In this document: piece by piece, positions 30,322-39,944 of the stretch
Position numbering within the stretch: position 1 is the first letter of the stretch
How the letters are laid out: each line of letters starts with the position of its first letter
Source of the DNA: an uncultured Chloroflexia bacterium
GTDB taxonomy: Bacteria; Chloroflexota; Limnocylindria; Limnocylindrales; CSP1-4
Length of the DNA: 64,000 nucleotides
Direction of reading: 5' to 3'
Assembly: GCA_963797685.1 (NCBI GenBank)
Contig: CAWCQK010000004.1
Coordinates: 331,943 to 395,942 of the forward strand
Translations under genes and position numbers: made by a program
Notes under the pieces: generated by a model
The model's database searches: none
Told to the model about the DNA's origin: nothing
What the model saw: only the letters and a program-made list of their open reading frames with translations

Positions 30322-31420
30322 GTGTCCATGTCGCGTCTGCACCGCCAGCTCCCAGCTTCCGCCGCCATCGTCATCGCCTTGCTCGTGGCCGCATGCTCGG
30401 GCGGCGGTTCGACCGTGGCTCCGTCGACTTCGAGCGCGCCGGCAGCCTCGGCTTCGACCTCGGGCGGGCGCAGCTTCGCCGTCGAGCGCCGACGAGAGCA
30501 TCGCGCCGACCAAGCTCGTCGTCGGGCTCGGCTACATCCCGAGCGTCCAGTTCGCCCAGTTCTATCTCGCGCAGCAACGGGGCTACTACTCGGATGCCGG
30601 GCTCGACGTCGAGTTCCAGAACAAGATCGACGAGAACCTGATCCCGCTCGTCGGCCAGGGCGCGATCGACATCGGGATCGGCGACGGCACGAGCGTCATC
30701 CCCGCGGCCAGCAACGGCATCCCGCTCGAATACGTCGCGACCATCTACGGCAAGTTCCCGAACATCGTCTTCGCCAAGGCGTCGTCGGGAATCAAGACCG
30801 CGGCCGATCTCAAGGGCAAGAAGATCGGGGTCCCGGGTCGCTACGGCTCCGGCTGGATCATGCTCCAGGCACTGCTGGCATCTGCGGGCCTGACGACTGA
30901 CGACGTCCAGATCGTCGAATACCCGGACTTCACCCAGGAGATCGCGGTCGAGCAGGGCGCGGTGGACGCGGCGACCGGCTTCACCAACAACGAGCCGGTC
31001 CAGCTCCAGCTCCACGGCGGGACGCCGGTCGTCCTGACCATCGATGACATCACCCCGCTCCCCGGGCCAGGGCTGATCGCGTCGAGCAAGACCATCGATG
31101 CCAAGCACGACGCGATCTCGGGGTTCGTGGCGGCGACCCTCCACGCGATGGCCGACATCAAGGCGGACCCGACTGTCGGCCTGGACGCCGCGATCAAGGA
31201 CGTCCCTGAGCTGGCGTCGGCGCGAGACGCCCAGGCGGCCATCCTGGCGGCCACCATCGCGACCTGGTCGGGGCCTGTCCAGGACGGTCGCGGCCTCGGC
31301 GCGATCGACCGCGACGGCTGGACGAGCTCGATCGCGTACCTGACCAAGCTCGGGCTGGTCAAGAACCCGGTCACGACCGATCAACTCGTGCGCGACGACC
31401 TTCTGCCGCCGGGCGGCTGA
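30322..31420 (+). pseudogene. NMT1/THI5-like (SsuA-type) ABC substrate-binding lipoprotein, frameshifted as assembled
   Basis: Lipobox LLVAACSGG in frame 1 with GGAGG 7 nt upstream of GTG 30322. The mature domain is in frame 2 (PTKLVVGLGYIPSVQFAQFYLAQQRGYYSDAGLDVEF...KKIGVPGRYGSGWIMLQ...). The +1 junction is at tcgggcgggcgc (30461-30475). Confidence 0.8.
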
Positions 31421-31525
31421 GGGACTCGGGCGGCCCGTGGCCTATGGCGGAAACCACCCAATTCGGGTAGGATTAGTGGCCCCGCCGCACCTCGCGTCGA
31501 TGCCCCCGTTCGCGCAGGAGTCCGA

Positions 31526-31714
31526 GTGAACAGTCGCCCGCCGGTCAAGCCCTCGGCCACAGTCGAGCCGTTCAAGCACGTCATCGACGAATACAAGCAT
31601 CAGGCGCAGACGATCACGTGCACCTGCGGCTGGCACGGTAGCTCGGCGACCCTCGATCGCGGCGGTTCCGAGTGGACGGCCCACCTCTTCGAGGTTCGCG
31701 GCAAAAAGCGCTAG
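31526..31714 (+). CDS. small hypothetical protein (62 aa)
   Basis: AGGAG lies 5 nt upstream of GTG 31526. It sits in a lower-GC intergenic stretch. No family recognised. Confidence 0.4.
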   Translation: MNSRPPVKPSATVEPFKHVIDEYKHQAQTITCTCGWHGSSATLDRGGSEWTAHLFEVRGKKR

Positions 31715-32077
31715 TCGCGCCACGTGGGCGGCGCATCCGTGCGTTGCCCGGTCCGCCGGTCGATCACGCACCTTGGGTGCGCTCGCTCCCTTGCTCCCGG
31801 GCGCGTTCGGCTGCATCCACCCACGGAGCGCTCTCATTCCGCATCTGATCCGGGGCGCCGATCGCCGCGCCAGGTTCCGGGTGTTCCTGTGGGGCACACA
31901 TTCTCGATATCTGAGCCTGATTGCCCGCGATTTCTTACAGATCGTGTCGGGATCCGGGAGTGACCACGCTCGAATAACTGTGAAGGGTTCCTGGGAGGAA
32001 CGCGGCCGGGTCCAGGCGGCGCGGCGCCGAGGCGGCGCGGGCCGAGTAGCGCGGCGCCCTCGTGCTAGCCTCCGACG

Positions 32078-33418
32078 ATGTCGGGCCGCGAGCTTCCTGA
32101 GCGACCGCCGTTCGCGCTTCGGGCGCGGCTGCTGACGCCGCTGGCGGCGGGCGGCACGAGCCACGAACCGGACGCGCTCATCGACATCGATGCCACGGGC
32201 CGGATCGCCTGGGTCGGACCCGCGGCGGCTGCGCCACGGGACGTGCTGGTCGCCGCGATCGATGTCCGGCCGTGGGTCCTGCTGCCGGGCATGGTCGACA
32301 CCCACGCGCACCTGCCGCAGATGCCGAACGCCGGGATCGGCTTCGCCCTGGACCTGCTGACCTGGCTCGACCGCCTCACGTTCCCGACCGAGCGATCGTG
32401 GTCGGATCCGGCCGTCGCCGCACGTCTCGCCCCGGCGATCTTCAAGGCCTTCGCGGCCGCCGGCACCACCACCGTGCTTGCCTACGGCGTGGTCTACGAG
32501 GCTGCGATGGACGCGGCGTTCCAGGCTGCCAAGACGCATGGCATCCGGGCGATCCTCGGCAAGGTGATGATGGATCGCGTCACCTACGACCCGACCATCG
32601 ATCCGACGACGATCCTCAAGCGGTCCCTTCGCGAGTCGCAGGACCTCATCGAGCGCTGGCACGGCTCCGACGATGGCCGCCTCGGCTACGCGGTGACACC
32701 CCGTTTCGCGATCTCGTGCAGCACCGAGATGCTCCGCGAATCGGCCGCGCTCGCCCAGTCGACCGGCACGTGGTGGCAGACCCACCTGGCCGAGGACCAG
32801 TTCGAGATCGCCGAGGTGCGCCGGCTCTTCCCGGACACCATCGATTACGTCGACGTCTACGACCGCGCCGGCGGGCTCGGGCCCAGGACGATCCTGGCTC
32901 ACGCCATCCACCTCTCGGACCGGGAGCTCGACCGCCTCGTCGAGACCGGAACGCACGTCGCACACTGCGCGGCCTCGAACCTGTTCATCGGGGCCGGGGT
33001 GATGCCGCTCGGGCGGTACCGTCAGGCGAAGCTGTCGATCGGCCTCGGCTCGGACGTGTCCGGCGGCCCGGACGCCTCGATCTTCTCGGTCATGCGCGTC
33101 GCCGCCTACTCGCAGATGGCGCTCCGCGCGCTGGCCGACCATGACGCGGCGGTGCTCACGCCTCTCGAGTGGCTGCGGCTCGGGACGCTCGAGGGGGCGC
33201 GGACGCTCGGGCTCGACGACGTCATCGGGTCGCTCGAAACCGGCAAGGAGGCCGACCTCATCGTCGTCGACCCTGCGTACACGATGCCGCTCGCTGGACA
33301 GCCGCCCGATGACGACCCGTCCGACCTCGCCTCACGACTGATCTTCCGGGCGCATCCCGACATGGTGCGGGGCGCCTGGGTGCGCGGCCGCCGACTGGCC
33401 GGCCCTCGCGTCGCATGA
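32078..33418 (+). CDS. guaD: guanine deaminase / amidohydrolase-family purine deaminase
   Basis: PGMVDTHAHLPQ metal site, HLAED, AHAIHLSD, GLGSDVSGG. Located next to purine-oxidation genes. Confidence 0.75.
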   Translation: MSGRELPERPPFALRARLLTPLAAGGTSHEPDALIDIDATGRIAWVGPAAAAPRDVLVAAIDVRPWVLLPGMVDTHAHLPQMPNAGIGFALDLLTWLDRLTFPTERSWSDPAVAARLAPAIFKAFAAAGTTTVLAYGVVYEAAMDAAFQAAKTHGIRAILGKVMMDRVTYDPTIDPTTILKRSLRESQDLIERWHGSDDGRLGYAVTPRFAISCSTEMLRESAALAQSTGTWWQTHLAEDQFEIAEVRRLFPDTIDYVDVYDRAGGLGPRTILAHAIHLSDRELDRLVETGTHVAHCAASNLFIGAGVMPLGRYRQAKLSIGLGSDVSGGPDASIFSVMRVAAYSQMALRALADHDAAVLTPLEWLRLGTLEGARTLGLDDVIGSLETGKEADLIVVDPAYTMPLAGQPPDDDPSDLASRLIFRAHPDMVRGAWVRGRRLAGPRVA

Positions 33419-35039
33419 CGACCCCGGCCGACCTGCGGATCGTCGGCGGGACCGTCGTGGACGGCACGGGCGCGCCCGGCCGGCCGGGCACGGTCGAAGT
33501 CGTCGATGGACGGATCCGGCTCGTCGAGGGCAAGGGCGAGGAGGCGAGGGCGAGGCCGCCCATGCCGCGACGCCCGCCGGGCGGACGATCGACGCAACGG
33601 GCAAGGTCGTCGCGCCCGGGTTCATCGACCTGCACAGCCACGGCGGTTTGATGATCCTGGCCGACGGGCGGCACGAGCCAAAGGTGCGCCAGGGGGTCAC
33701 GACCGAGCTCGTCGGCGTGGACGGCAACAGCTTCGCCCCGTTCGCGCGGCGCGAGGACCTCGAGGCATTCGTCGAGCTCGATTCGGGGCTCGATGGCCGC
33801 CCCGCGATCGACTACGACTGGCGCTCGGTCGACGATTTCCTGGTGCGCTTCGACGGCGCGGTCAGCCTGAATATCGCGACGCTCATCGGCAACTCGCAGC
33901 TCCGCATCGGCGCGCTCGGCTGGGACGACGTCCCCGCCGATGCTCGCGCGCTGGACACCATGCGCGCTCTCCTGCGTGACGGGATGGCCGAGGGCGCGTT
34001 CGGCATCAGCACAGGCCTCGACTACCCGCCCGGCTCCTTCGCCACCAGGGACGAGCTGGCGGCGCTCTCCGCCGAGGCCGGGCGTCATGGCGGCTTCTAT
34101 CACACGCACGTCCGCTATCCGCTCGGCGACCACTATCTCGATCCGTTCCGTGAGGCGATCGATATCGGCCGGCGGGCCGGCGCGCCCGCACACATCACGC
34201 ATTTCTACCATCGAGCCACCTATCCGGGCGGCCCGGAGCCGATGCTCGCCCTGGTCGATGACGCGCGTGCCGAGGGGCTCGACGTGACGTTCGACACGTA
34301 TCCGTCCGAATGGGCGTCCACGCGCATGCTCATCCAGCTGCCGCAGTGGATCCAGGCCGGCGGACCGGGGCCCCTCAAGGAGCGTCTGGCGGACCGCGCG
34401 GCGCGTGATCGCGTCCGGGCCGAGTTCACCGCCCGTGGCGCCTCGTACGCAAGTGCCGCCGGCTGGGCCGACGTCCGCCTCGGTGCCTTCCGGCGGCCAG
34501 AGAACCTGCACTGGGAGAGCCAAACCGTGGCCGAGGTGATGGCCGAGACGGGCCACGACGCGCTCGACGTCATCTGCGACCTTTTGCTGGCCGAGGACCT
34601 CGGCATCAGCCAGGTGACGAGCGGCCCCGCCGCGGAGACGCTGCGGTCCTTCGTGGTCCATCCGGTCGGGATGGTCGGCACCGACAGCACGTTCCTCGGC
34701 GATAAGCCGAGCCCGCGGACCTATGGCAGCTTTCCGCGCATCCTCGGCCAGTTCGTGCGCGACGAGGCGTTGCTCAGCCTCGAGGAGGCGGTGCGCAAGA
34801 TGACCTCGGCACCGGCGGCCCGCCTCGGACTGCGAGATAGGGGTGTCATCCGCGACGGCGCCGTGGCCGATCTCGTGGTCTTCGACCCGGCCACGGTCCG
34901 CTCGACCGCCACGTACGACGAGCCGCGCTCGTTCCCGATCGGCATCGAGCAAGTCATCGTGGCCGGCACGCTCGTCGTAGCCGACGGCGAGCACACTGGC
35001 GCCACGCCGGGCCGGGGCCTGCGACGGGGACGCGACTGA
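33415..35039 (+). pseudogene. N-acyl-D-amino-acid deacylase (D-aminoacylase) family amidohydrolase, frameshifted as assembled
   Basis: N-terminus DLRIVGGTVVDGTGAPGRPGTVEVVDGRI is in frame 1. The metal-binding part GRTIDATGKVVAPGFIDLHSHGG...QGVTTELVG... is in frame 0. The -1 junction lies in a GGCGAG-type repeat at about 33531-33560. Confidence 0.75.
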
Positions 35040-35045
35040 CCGTGG

Positions 35046-35762
35046 TCAGGCGGGCGACGGCGACCCCTCGGTCCCGTGGATCGCTGGCTGCGTCGCGACG
35101 GGGATCCCGGTCACGATCCGCTCCTTCCGCCGCTGTTCCGCGGACATCCGCTCGTGGGCGCGCAGGACCGCCGCGGCGAGCTCCGAATCCGGCCCCGGAC
35201 TCGCCCAGCCGATCGACAGCCGCATCGCGATCGCACCCGACTCGAGCCACATGTCGCACGCCTCGCGGACGCGCTCGATGTAGTTGATCGCCTCGACCTC
35301 TCCCGTCTCGGTCAGCATGATCCCGAATCGGGACGCATCGAGCCGTGCGAGGTGGTCGGCCGCCCGTGCGTTGCGGCTGAGGGCGTCGGCGAGCGCACGC
35401 AGGACCCGCTCGCCGGCCACGGCACCGAGAGTGGACGTGAGGCGGTCGAACCCGTCGAGCTCGATGATCACGATGGTCGCCGGGTGGTGGTAGCGGCTGA
35501 CCCGGGCGTCCTCGTCGACCAGGATCCGGTTCCATTCGTGGAGGAGCAAGAGGCCGGTCTGCGGATCCCGACCTGAGGCCAGCTCGCTGGGCGTCAGTGC
35601 CACGGGCGTCGAGGCACCTGAAGGCAGCGGCTGGCGCGGGACGTCGTCATACGACGTGCCTGCGCTACGCCTCTTGCGCAACGCCCGGACGGCGGCCACC
35701 GTGATGAGGACCAGGTTCGCGGCGACGAGGAAGACGATCAGGATGAGGACGTTCTGGTTCAT
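35046..35762 (-). CDS. membrane-anchored degenerate GGDEF domain protein (I-site kept, A-site lost)
   Basis: N-terminal TM (VLILIVFLVAANLVLITVAAV). GGDEF-fold motifs (DPQTGLL..NR, ELDGFDRL). RAADHLARLDASRF aligns to RxxD-x3-R-x-GG(D/E)EF. Confidence 0.7.
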   Translation of the reverse strand: MNQNVLILIVFLVAANLVLITVAAVRALRKRRSAGTSYDDVPRQPLPSGASTPVALTPSELASGRDPQTGLLLLHEWNRILVDEDARVSRYHHPATIVIIELDGFDRLTSTLGAVAGERVLRALADALSRNARAADHLARLDASRFGIMLTETGEVEAINYIERVREACDMWLESGAIAMRLSIGWASPGPDSELAAAVLRAHERMSAEQRRKERIVTGIPVATQPAIHGTEGSPSPA

Positions 35763-36021
35763 ATCACTCGTTCTGTCGTGACGCTGCGGATGATCGGTGA
35801 AGGACGGATGAAGGCTCCGTGAGCCGCGGAGCATAGCGGTGCGACTCCCCGATGACCCGGTTTCCGGAGCCGATTGGTACCGGTTCTCGGTGCGGACTCG
35901 CACCGCCGAGGTCGGTCCGGGAGGATCGGATGGGGAGCGGTGCAGACGAGCCTCGGAGCGGCCGTCGGGCCGAAGATGGGCGTACGCCGGTGCTAGAGTC
36001 CGTGGGCATGGAGGACGGCCC

Positions 36022-38358
36022 TTGCCCGAGCTGACCACCCGCACCGAGCCGCCCGGCGCGGTCGTGATCGAACCCGGGACCAACGTGCCCGGCCGAGCCC
36101 GGGGAGCTCCCCCGCTCCGCCGCGAGGGGCCGGCCAAGCTGACAGGGGCCGCGAAGTACGCCGACGACCTCGTCTTTCCGGGCGCCTGGTATGGAGCGAC
36201 GATCCGCTCGACCGATGCCCACGCCCGATTCACCTCGCTCGAGCTCGACCCCGGCTTCGACTGGTCCACGGTCGTGGTCGTCACCTCGGCCGACATCCCC
36301 GGCGACAACGTCGTCAGCTCGATCAAGGCCGATCAGCCGATCCTGGTCCCGGTCGGAGGCGAGATCCAGCATCACGCGGAGCCGCTCGCACTGATCGCCG
36401 CGCCGGACCGGGCGACGCTGCGGGCCGCGCGCCGCGCGACGACGATCGTCAGCGAGCCACTGCCGGCGGTCTTCGACCCGCTCGTGGCCGACACGTTCTT
36501 CGCGGCCTACGAGCTTGCCTCCGGCGATCCCGACGCGGCGTTCGCGGCCGCCGATTTCGTCCTCGAGGGTGAGTACCGGGTCGGTCACCAGGAGCAGCTG
36601 TACATCGAGAACAACGCGATGATCGCGGTCCCGTCGGCCGACGGCGGCGTCACCGTCCACGGCTCGCTCCAGTGCCCGTACTACATCCACACCGCGCTCA
36701 AGCGTGGCCTCGCCATCGATGACCGGCAGGCGCGCGTCGTCCAGGCGGAGACAGGCGGCGGGTTCGGTGGCAAGGAGGAGTACCCGTCGATGATCGCGCT
36801 GCACGCGGCCCTGCTGGCGGGTAAGGCCGGGCGTCCGGTGCGGATGATCTACGACCGTCACGAGGACCTGGCGGCCACGACCAAGCGCCACCCGGCGATC
36901 GTCCGGCACAGGACCGGCGTGACGCACGACGGCCGGCTCATCGCCCAGGACATCGAGGTGGTGATGGACGGCGGCGCGTACTGCACGCTCACGCCCGTGG
37001 TCCTGTCGCGGGGCGCGATCCACGCCGGCGGCCCGTATCGCTGCCCCAACGTTCGCATCCGTGCCCGCGCGGCACGCACGAACACGCCGCCCAACGGCGC
37101 GTTCCGCGGGTTCGGGGCGCCACAGACCGAGTTCGCCGCCGAGACCCACCTCAACCGGATCGCCGAGGCGCTGGGGATCGGCCCGCTCGACATCCGGCGA
37201 CGGAACGTCTACGTCGTCGGCGACACGACCCCGACCGGCCAGGTCCTGCGCGGCAGCGTCGCCGGTGAGGAGGTCCTCGAGCGGGCAGCCGAGGCGAGCG
37301 AGTTCGAGCGCTTGCGCGCGCGCCACGATGTCGCTCGGAGGCGACGGGCGGGCGCCGGCATCGTGCCGGATTCGCCGCTCCGGACAGGGCACGACCGGCT
37401 GGCCAGCGGGATCGGGCTGGCGCTTGCCTGGCATGGGGCGGGCTTCACCGGATCGGGCGAGGTCCACCTCGCCTCGGTGGCGTCGGTCGAGCTGACCGCC
37501 GACGGCCGGATCGACATCCTGGTGGCCTCGACCGAGATGGGGCAGGGGACCAAGACGATCTTCCCCCAGCTCGTCGCGGAGGCTCTCGGCGTGCCGTACG
37601 AGGCGGTCGATATCGCACCCCAGGACACGGCCTTCGTCCCCGATTCGGGGCCGACCGTCGCGTCGCGCACGGCGATGGTCGTCGGCGGCTTGCTCATCCA
37701 GGCCTCCGGCCGCCTTCGACACGACGTCGAGCTCACGACCGGTGGGTCGTTCGCCGACACCTACCGCGCGTTCGCCCGGGAACACGGCGCTCTGCGCATG
37801 GACCAGAAGTTCGAGCCGTATCCCGGCGTCGGGTTCGACGACGAGACGTACCGCGGCGACGCGTACCCGGCGTTCGGCTGGGCGGCCTGCGTCGCGAGCG
37901 TCGAGGTCGACCTCGACACGGGCGAGGTCCGCGTCCGCGACGTCGTCGCGGCCGACGACGTCGGACGGGTCATCCACCCCGTCCTGGCCGAGGGGCAGGT
38001 CGAGGGCGGCACGCTCCAGGCGGTCGGCTACGCCACGATCGAGGAGATCAAGCTGCGCGACGGCCGGTACCTCAACGACCGGCTCGCCACGTACATCATC
38101 CCGACCTCGCTCGACGCGCCGCGGATCACGACGATCCTGGTCGAGGCGCCGTTCGACGGCGTCCCGCACGGCGCGAAGGGGGTCGGCGAGCTGCCGATGG
38201 ACGTCGGGGCACCGGCCGTGATCGCGGCGATCGCGGATGCGACCGGGGTCTGGATCAGCGACCTGCCGGCGAGCCCGGAGCGGATCCTGGCGGCGCTTGC
38301 CGGCGTCCCGGAGGTCGGGCCGCTCCCGCCGGGTGCCTCGGAGCCGGCCCGGGCATGA
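36022..38358 (+). CDS. xanthine dehydrogenase family molybdopterin-binding large subunit
   Basis: REGPAKLTGAAKYADD, GGGFGGKE, FRGFGAPQ, TEMGQGTKT and GVGELP motifs of the XDH/CoxL family. The start is uncertain (TTG 36022, GTG 36064 or GTG 36085), and the listed 35839 start is probably too early. Confidence 0.85.
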   Translation: MPELTTRTEPPGAVVIEPGTNVPGRARGAPPLRREGPAKLTGAAKYADDLVFPGAWYGATIRSTDAHARFTSLELDPGFDWSTVVVVTSADIPGDNVVSSIKADQPILVPVGGEIQHHAEPLALIAAPDRATLRAARRATTIVSEPLPAVFDPLVADTFFAAYELASGDPDAAFAAADFVLEGEYRVGHQEQLYIENNAMIAVPSADGGVTVHGSLQCPYYIHTALKRGLAIDDRQARVVQAETGGGFGGKEEYPSMIALHAALLAGKAGRPVRMIYDRHEDLAATTKRHPAIVRHRTGVTHDGRLIAQDIEVVMDGGAYCTLTPVVLSRGAIHAGGPYRCPNVRIRARAARTNTPPNGAFRGFGAPQTEFAAETHLNRIAEALGIGPLDIRRRNVYVVGDTTPTGQVLRGSVAGEEVLERAAEASEFERLRARHDVARRRRAGAGIVPDSPLRTGHDRLASGIGLALAWHGAGFTGSGEVHLASVASVELTADGRIDILVASTEMGQGTKTIFPQLVAEALGVPYEAVDIAPQDTAFVPDSGPTVASRTAMVVGGLLIQASGRLRHDVELTTGGSFADTYRAFAREHGALRMDQKFEPYPGVGFDDETYRGDAYPAFGWAACVASVEVDLDTGEVRVRDVVAADDVGRVIHPVLAEGQVEGGTLQAVGYATIEEIKLRDGRYLNDRLATYIIPTSLDAPRITTILVEAPFDGVPHGAKGVGELPMDVGAPAVIAAIADATGVWISDLPASPERILAALAGVPEVGPLPPGASEPARA

Positions 38359-38855
38359 CGACCTACCGGTTCACCGTGAACGCGACCCCGGTCGAACTCG
38401 ACGTGCCCGGCATGCGCCGCCTGCTCGACGTCCTGCGCGAGGAGCTCGGCCTGACGGGCACGAAGGAGGGCTGTGGTGAGGGCGAGTGCGGCGCCTGCAC
38501 CGTCCTGCTCGATGGCCTCCCGGTCGACTCGTGCCTCGTCCCGGTCTGCCAGGTCGAAGGAGCGGCGGTGGCAACGGTCGAAGGCCTGGCGCCCGCCAGC
38601 AACGCTCTCGATCCGCTCCAGACCGCGTTCCTCGAGACCGGTGGCGCCCAATGCGGCATCTGCACGCCCGGGATGCTGATGGCGGCACGTGCGTACCTCG
38701 ACGCCGGCGGGGGTCCCGACGACGCGGCGATCCGCGACGCGATCGCGGGCAACCTGTGCCGTTGCACCGGATACACCAAGATCGTCGAGGCGATCGCCCG
38801 TGTGGCGGCCGGCCCCGGCATGACGACCGGATCACGGTCAGGAGGCGATGCATGA
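38355..38855 (+). CDS. xanthine dehydrogenase family (2Fe-2S)-binding small subunit
   Basis: CGEGECGACTV and QCGICTPG...NLCRCTGY cluster motifs. ATGA overlap with the large subunit. Confidence 0.9.
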   Translation: MTTYRFTVNATPVELDVPGMRRLLDVLREELGLTGTKEGCGEGECGACTVLLDGLPVDSCLVPVCQVEGAAVATVEGLAPASNALDPLQTAFLETGGAQCGICTPGMLMAARAYLDAGGGPDDAAIRDAIAGNLCRCTGYTKIVEAIARVAAGPGMTTGSRSGGDA

Positions 38856-39079
38856 GCTCCGACCCGGACCGCATCGCGGTCCCGACGAACGGCCGACGCC
38901 CACATCCGGTCCCGGAAGCGGCTGCCACCGCTGCGCCCGCCGCGGGCGATCCCACCACGCCGATGGCGCCCGCGTTGCCCGGCGGGCTGTCGCCCCAGCA
39001 GCTGGCAGTCGGGTTCGGGATCGTCGCCTCGCTCGTCGCCATCGCGGCCGGCGTGGCCCGCCGCCGCGCCCACCGCTGA
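38852..39079 (+). CDS. small single-pass membrane protein (76 aa) embedded in the XDH operon
   Basis: GGAGG lies 6 nt upstream and the ATGA overlaps the FeS-subunit stop. GC3-rich codons. C-terminal TM LAVGFGIVASLVAIAAGVA followed by RRRAHR. Confidence 0.5.
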   Translation: MSSDPDRIAVPTNGRRPHPVPEAAATAAPAAGDPTTPMAPALPGGLSPQQLAVGFGIVASLVAIAAGVARRRAHR

Positions 39080-39086
39080 CTCTTCG

Positions 39087-39944
39087 ATGCCGGTCGAGCC
39101 ACCCGTCTCGAGTCCGCGCGATCTCGCCGATGCCTACGCGATCCTTGCCGGGGGTCCAGCGCGGCCGATCGCCGGCGGCACCGACCTGATGGTCGCGCTG
39201 ACCGGGGAGCTCGGCGAACCGCCCGACAGCATCGTCGACCTGTGGGGGCTTGACGAGCTGCGCGGCATCGCCGTCGACGGCGACGCGATCAGCCTCGGCG
39301 CCCTGACGACCTACACCGAGATCCGGCGCTCGGCCGTCTGCCGCGAACATCTCCCCGGGCTGGTCGAGGCGGCCGCGACGATCGGTGCGGCCCAGATCCA
39401 GAACCGCGGGACGCTCGGCGGCAACGTCGTGAACGCCTCGCCCGCGGGTGACACGCTGCCCGTGCTGCTCGCCGCCGACGCCTCGTTCGTGGCCGGCTCG
39501 GGACGTGGCGAACGGACCATCCCGGCGAACGAGTTCTGGCCCGCCTATCGGCGCACCGCGCTGGCCCCCGACGAGCTGCTGCTGCGCATCCGCATCCCGT
39601 TGATGGCGGGGCGGGAGCTGCGCTTCCGCAAGGTCGGGACGCGGCGGGCGCAGTCGATCAGCAAGGTCGTGCTCGCGCTTGGGTGGCGGGACGACGGTGG
39701 CGGCTCGGCATGGACGGACGTGCGGCTCGCGCTCGGGTCCGTGGCTGCCACCCCGATCCGTGCCACCGCGACCGAAGCCGTCCTCTCGGGCCGCTCGCCG
39801 ACCCCTGAGACCGCCGACCAGGCCGCCGAGACTCTCGCCGGCGAGCTCCATCCGATCGATGACATCCGGTCCACGGCCGAGTACCGCCGGCTGGTGGCCG
39901 CGCGGGTCCTCCATCGACTCATCCGCGAGACGGGAGGCTGGTGA
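39087..39944 (+). CDS. xanthine dehydrogenase family FAD-binding subunit
   Basis: PIAGGTDLMV and IQNRGTLGGNVVNASPAGD motifs (CoxM/XdhB type). Confidence 0.85.
   Translation: MPVEPPVSSPRDLADAYAILAGGPARPIAGGTDLMVALTGELGEPPDSIVDLWGLDELRGIAVDGDAISLGALTTYTEIRRSAVCREHLPGLVEAAATIGAAQIQNRGTLGGNVVNASPAGDTLPVLLAADASFVAGSGRGERTIPANEFWPAYRRTALAPDELLLRIRIPLMAGRELRFRKVGTRRAQSISKVVLALGWRDDGGGSAWTDVRLALGSVAATPIRATATEAVLSGRSPTPETADQAAETLAGELHPIDDIRSTAEYRRLVAARVLHRLIRETGGW

Noticed and set aside
35763-36021. Moco or purine riboswitch in the 260-bp region upstream of xanthine dehydrogenase
   Set aside because: Only a vague GCCUCGGAGC resemblance to the Moco motif core was seen, with no purine-riboswitch junction motifs by eye. 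The start codon of the XDH gene is itself uncertain, so part of this region may be coding.
35764-38169. 801-aa minus-strand ORF; also 45109..47529(-), 40303..42027(-), 31442..33142(-), 1901..3484(-), 33258..34994(-), 26744..28339(-) and 52749..54221(-)
   Set aside because: All are antisense to motif-bearing genes (XDH, S8/DUF2130-like, uricase/aceB, guaD, pepA, D-aminoacylase, FGGY kinase, LigD/Eis). All have Arg/Gly/Pro-rich junk-like composition.
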